A stretch of 63,028 nt of DNA, counting the filler, from Craspedostauros australis (taxonomy: Eukaryota), in NCBI GenBank assembly GCA_030167865.1. It is 14 parts of 14 records of this genome, joined end to end, with 100 filler letters (N's around TTAATTAATTAA, not from the genome) between each part and the next. Parts side by side here need not be neighbours in the genome. Positions count along the whole stretch, not along the records: positions 58,243 to 59,836 come from JALAGF010000316.1; positions 59,937 to 61,758 come from JALAGF010000322.1; positions 61,859 to 63,028 come from JALAGF010000324.1; 11 more parts are not named here. One strand, written 5' to 3'. Both the position numbers and the translations under genes were made by a program. Positions 58,243 through 63,028 of the stretch are shown one piece after another. Under the pieces are notes generated by a model. The model saw nothing but the letters and a program-made list of their open reading frames with translations, searched no databases and was not told where the DNA came from. Every line of letters starts with the position of its first letter. Position 1 is the stretch's first letter.

Positions 58243-59166
58243 TAGCCGGATTGGACAGAGGGATGTCTTTCAATTCCTCTTCCTCGCTCATTCAGCCTGC
58301 TGCTCTCGAATGATGTTCGTCTTCCTTGCACGATCCGATCCGCGGGCTCGCCCTGATCTATCGTTTATAAACGTGTTGGCAAGTTCCGCTCACGGTAACC
58401 TACNNNNNNNNNNNNNNNNNNNNNNNNNNNNNNNNNNNNNNNNNATTTCATTACGTTGGCACTCCGATACTCTCGGTGTCCGTTCGTTCTCTTGCCCGAT
58501 GCTCTCGGCGCTTCAATCTGTTTCGTAGATTTGGTCTCCGACTATGAGTCGGTACACGAGATCCTCTCTCGCTCCTCTCTGTATTCTCTCTCTCTCTCTC
58601 TCACCATCGTGTCCTCGTGCTACACGATGCTTCGTGTTCGATGCATACTCCGCATTCGACACTCTGTTCATTCAATACTGGCTTCTACTCCATGAGTACT
58701 CGCCATTTGAAGTTCACCTTCAGTATCCATGATCTTCATGGGTCATCGTATCTTCGCCTCCTGCTCTGACTTGGAGACAGCTGTCAACGTGGTGACATGT
58801 TGACATCCTGTCGACGTCAGTAGATGTCCTTCTGCTCTCCAGATGTCACGTTCCATTGGTGATGCAGTAGTCTGTCAGATGATATCGTCATCTGAGGTTT
58901 AGTTGGGAAGTACNNNNNNNNNNNNNNNNNNNNNNNNNNNNNNNNNNNNNNNNNNNNNNNNNNNNNNCAGAAATCGTTATTTGCAAATTTCCTCCAGAAA
59001 TCTTGCCCCTTTTGGTGTGTTCCATTTCCCCTGTAATTCTGACGAATCACAGTATACTATCGACATGAGTATAGTTATACCGTCCAAGTGTGCATGAGAG
59101 AATAGCGGGTGAACGATGCACATATACACGTACATCTTGACATATACTCACATGTACATCTCGACA
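58243..59166 (-). mobile_element. LTR family A: near-complete 5' LTR (59166->58374, ~790 bp including gaps, TG...CA) plus leader and start of gag-like ORF (ATG 58291)
   Basis: Termini TGTCGA.../...CCAACA. No TSD match, so not a solo LTR. Followed by CGTTTATAAACG and ORF MSEEEELKDIPLSNPA. Confidence 0.7.
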
Positions 59167-59837
59167 TGCGTGGTGTGCTGAGAAGTCAACCCCTGCAATC
59201 TGCGAGTATCCGCATGCGACGAGTCTTGCACGGAATACACCATTCCTCTTCTCCTTGAACACCCATTTGGTCTTCACGCATCGCCGATCCTTCGGCATTT
59301 GGTTCATCTTGATCTTCTCCCATACTCNNNNNNNNNNCATATCGTTGAACTCCTTGTTGATGGCCTCCCGCCATTTCGTTCTCTTCTCAGGATCTGCATG
59401 ATCCCAGCACTCCTCGAATGTGGTAGGGTCTAGCATCATTGCAACATTAGCTTGCTCGTACCCCTCTTCGAGTGATCGTTGGTCCAATCCATGGCTCGCA
59501 GTGATGAAGTCGTCGAGTCTCATCTTACCATGAGTAGTATCTATCATCATACCTGCGACGTCTCTGTTGAATGTTGACCAATTCGTGTGGAAATNNNNNN
59601 NNNNNNNNNNNNNNNNNNNNNNNNNNNNNNNNNNNNNNNNNNNNNNNTCTCCTTCATCTGATTCTGACTCTCCACTGGATCCTAGGTCTCGTTCCTCCAT
59701 TGGAATGGGTGAATTGTTGAACCCCGCGAGAGCCTTCAGCATCCTTGGCATGCCTCTAACAGGTGTTGCGACTGGGACCTCGTCTTGATCGTATGGTCCC
59801 TTCTCGTCGTCCCTTCCGGATTCATCGTCGTTATCAN
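59167..59837 (-). mobile_element. Ty1/Copia pol fragment (RT N-terminal), interrupted by LTR family A
   Basis: PTTFEECW..KWREAINKEFNDM..VW..KTKWVFKEKRNGVFRARLVACGYSQIAGVDF. Confidence 0.9.
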
Positions 59838-61858
59838 NNNNNNNNNNNNNNNNNNNNNNNNNNNNNNNNNNNNNNNNNNNTTAATTAATTAANNNNNNNN
59901 NNNNNNNNNNNNNNNNNNNNNNNNNNNNNNNNNNNNGTTGTGTTGGGTGCAATCTCTCCAAGTTCGCCAACCTCTATCGCACCCACACACCACAAGCTAC
60001 GATTCCAACAACAACAACAATGACAACAACAATCTAACCACAAAAGCAGCTCCTGAAGAATCTGCGTTGTGACCGCCAGTTGTCATGATCGGAGATCGTT
60101 CCATGGAAGCGATTGAAAGCACAACCGGCATCCACTACTGAATTCATTGTTGGGGGCAACACGCATCTCGCACACTCAAAATTTGTCACTCTGCCTGGGA
60201 AACCTTTGACCGTGCGAGATGTGTGCNNNNNNNNNNNNNNNNNNNNNNNNNNNNNNNNNNNNNNNNNNNNNNNNNNNNNNNNNNNGCATTGTCCACGTCG
60301 CGTGCAATGATTGGTGCAAAAACAAGTCCATCCGGTCGAGGGTTGTGACATGTTGGTGATTCCTTCGGTCTCTCTTGGGTCATTCATCCAAGGAATGTCG
60401 GATGAAGGATCAGGCGCGTGCCGCCGGGATCGATCAGTGTTTGCAGATTGAGATGGTGGCACTCAAGTATCAGATCGGTGTTGCCCCTGGCATCTGGCCT
60501 AGCACAAGTATCCATTTGATTTTCATTCTTTCCATGCTTTGTGACTGACAGCAAAGGTATGAGCTTAATGCTCGACTCGATTGCAGCGGACAATGATGAT
60601 GGCGATAGTAGTATTTAATGACATGAAAGTCGCTGGATGGTCCAAGTGTTGAGGGTTCACACACAGCAGTATAGCATGATGCATGCCATGCAACAGAGAT
60701 GAAGAACAACTCCAACGCAATACGCACCATGTGGTGTCAGAGTCTGAGCCACGAATGCAATGTTCCCATACACGCACAATGCCATCACCGATGCACTTAC
60801 CTGGTGCAGGGCACCCCATCTTCTGCATGCTTTTCGCAATCCCCCCATCGACCCTCTTCCGGTATCGCCTTGCGCATATGGACGACTGACCCGTAGAAGC
60901 AACGTCTGCACGAGGCAACCGATCTCGCGATTGGCATATTCCAACAACAATGGACCCCACATGACAGGGTATGTGAGCAGTCATCTCCCCTCTTCCAATA
61001 TCTTCTCTTCCAATATCTTCTCCTCACTTCTTTCCATTGTCAGGCGCACCCTGATATGAAGCCAGCATACGTCTCAAGTCTAGTATATGCCATCTGGGAT
61101 CTGTGCACATGGCCGGTGTAGGAAGGCATTATATCGCCAAGGCCCAAGCTCCAACTACGTGGCAACCGACTTGTGTACGTCGCTGCTGCGTATTCTGGTG
61201 TACGCAGAGCCTGACAGGACTGTTTCCATGACTGTACCGAATGCTGATCGCTGGATGCACTAAAACACTGACATTGGCGCGTGTGTAGAGGCAGCATCTT
61301 TGCCCAGTTGCCAACAGCCAAGCTCTCGCAACCTGGGCACATTCCATGCAGACATATAGATGTGGCGCATCGCTAGTCCCATGCATTGTTGCCTCCTCCT
61401 CATGATCGTAGCCTGCGTTGCAACACATCTCACCTATTTTAGTCGTTCAACGCTGCCAAGCCGGATACCCTGGGCGGCCAAAGCGCTCTTGTGGTATGAT
61501 CGTTGCTCGTTGCATGTGATCGTNGCCAAGTTTCTGCCAAGTATTTGAACGGATTGACTGATGACAATTGTGAGCCAAAAGAATCNATTCTGATGGTGCA
61601 GAGGCCGTCAGCAATGAACCGCGACCGTGCTCATGACATACCATTTCACTGTTGCCATTGCCCTTGTCATGGCGCATTTGACATGTTCCATTCTCCAATG
61701 ATGCAGGTTGGGCACGAAGCCCGACACGCAGATTCGCATCAGCAATCTGGCCACCACANNNNNNNNNNNNNNNNNNNNNNNNNNNNNNNNNNNNNNNNNN
61801 NNTTAATTAATTAANNNNNNNNNNNNNNNNNNNNNNNNNNNNNNNNNNNNNNNNNNNN

Positions 61859-62854
61859 TCTCACCGCATAAGGAGGGCTGTCGCTTCCAAGGATTTGGCG
61901 CCGTTGGAGCTTCTCGGCTGGTGTCACAGGCACGTCTCCCTTCGGTCCTCCTGGGATGAGGATCAAGAATGGGCAGAACGGGCAGTCAACACACCACGAG
62001 AACAAAGGCCCTTTGGTCAGGCACAGTGGGCACCACGCGTTGTCTCTGTCGCGTCGAGACACGGTCTCGATCAATCCGTCCAAGTAGGAGCGGATGGGGC
62101 GCACGTTGTAGATCGGCTCTGGTCGCCTTGCTGAGGTTGTCGCGCGGAGGTCAATGCCGGGCATTGCAATCTCGTTGCTTTCGGTTTCGTCAGCTTCGCT
62201 CTCATCAGACGAGAACAAGTTGTCGCTCATCATGCGATCCGCGTTGACTTGTGGTCCGTAATAACCGTAGTCGTTCGGGCTGCGAATACCAACCACTTCG
62301 ATCGATCCATCGTCGTTGTTGTTGTTGGTCCCGTTGTAGAACCCTGTGGCCAGGTCTCCATCGACGACCATGAGAGCCATGTCCTCCATGAGGTTTTCGA
62401 TGTTGCTCTCCGTGTCGTGGGTGCGTGTTGTCACAATTTCGTGGTCGGTGAGAGTTTTGGCTTCGCTCACATTTTTGATGTTGCGCGCGATTTCTCCATC
62501 CTCTGCGATTTCGTGACACAACATCACATCATCGATGGTGACCAGCGCGACGTCGTCCATGCCGTCCATCCCGTCAGTAGCCACATTGGCTGAGTCTGCG
62601 TCCTTCATCGCTGCTTTCAACTTGAAGCATTGCAAGATTTTGTGACCTGTCTTGCCACAAAACTTGCACTTGCCGTTGAAGCCTCCGGCGCTGAAGTTGC
62701 CGTTGTTGCGGTTGCCGTTGCCGCGGTTGCCGTTCTTCTTGGCGCCACCGCCTTGCTTGCCGTTGCCGCTCTTTGTAGGAGAGCGACAGTCCGTCTTCTT
62801 GTGTCCGTAGATGCCACAGTTGCGACAGTTGCCCTTGAACCCGCCGATCGTGGC
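61859..62854 (-). mobile_element. Ty1/Copia gag C-terminus with two CCHC zinc knuckles and an extra CxxC-x9-CxxC motif
   Basis: CRNCGIYGHKKTDC, CKFCGKTGHKILQC; WCPLCLTKGPLFSWCVDC. Confidence 0.8.
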
Positions 62855-63028
62855 TGTTAGAACGTAATCGTAGATGGGTTTGAAGATACCGCACCGAGAA
62901 CGTAGAGTGATCAAGTCGTTGTTGTTGGTGAGGAGAGTGTTTGGTTACTGTATTATTCGTATGGTAGTAGGAATGCTGTCGAGCTCACAAGATTGTCTTC
63001 TTGGAACTGTGAGCATGATAGAGGCATG
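62855..63028. mobile_element. Probable end of another LTR (TGTTAG...) inserted into the gag
   Basis: Gag-like coding character stops at 62854. The junction reads ...GTTCTAACA|GCCACG on the minus strand. Confidence 0.45.

Noticed and set aside
59937..61758. Short Cys-rich ORFs in a gappy contig
   Set aside because: No consistent frame or recognisable domain; left unannotated.

Overview
Eukaryotic genomic scaffold, most likely from a diatom. This is inferred from GT-AG introns, HA-domain and receptor-cyclase gene families, and CoDi-type Copia and Ambal-like LINE fragments. Contigs are joined by artificial 100-bp N-TTAATTAATTAA-N linkers. The left ~28 kb is gene-rich: an ankyrin-repeat protein, a myristoylated ankyrin-like protein, a mitochondrial PPR-like protein, a 4-exon receptor-type nucleotidyl cyclase, a DsbA/FrnE oxidoreductase whose active site reads U-P-F-C through an in-frame TGA (a selenoprotein the ORF track truncates), a spliced SGNH-like membrane protein, and three tandem helicase-associated (HA) domain paralogs. 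The right ~35 kb is a nested transposon zone. It holds two copies of a ~1.75-kb palindromic foldback element, an intact GT61 glycosyltransferase gene bracketed by inverted copies of a ~750-bp repeat, and a CpG-eroded ~830-codon tyrosine-recombinase gene with no visible RT. It also holds an RT-RNaseH LINE interrupted by a 543-bp AG...CT element with a 5-bp TSD, a Sola3-like transposon (TTAA|GAG end), Copia gag/pol fragments, and one LTR family seen at four junctions inside three other TEs. Several adjacent contigs overlap in inverted orientation, which is assembly redundancy. All calls come from manual reading; no searches were run.
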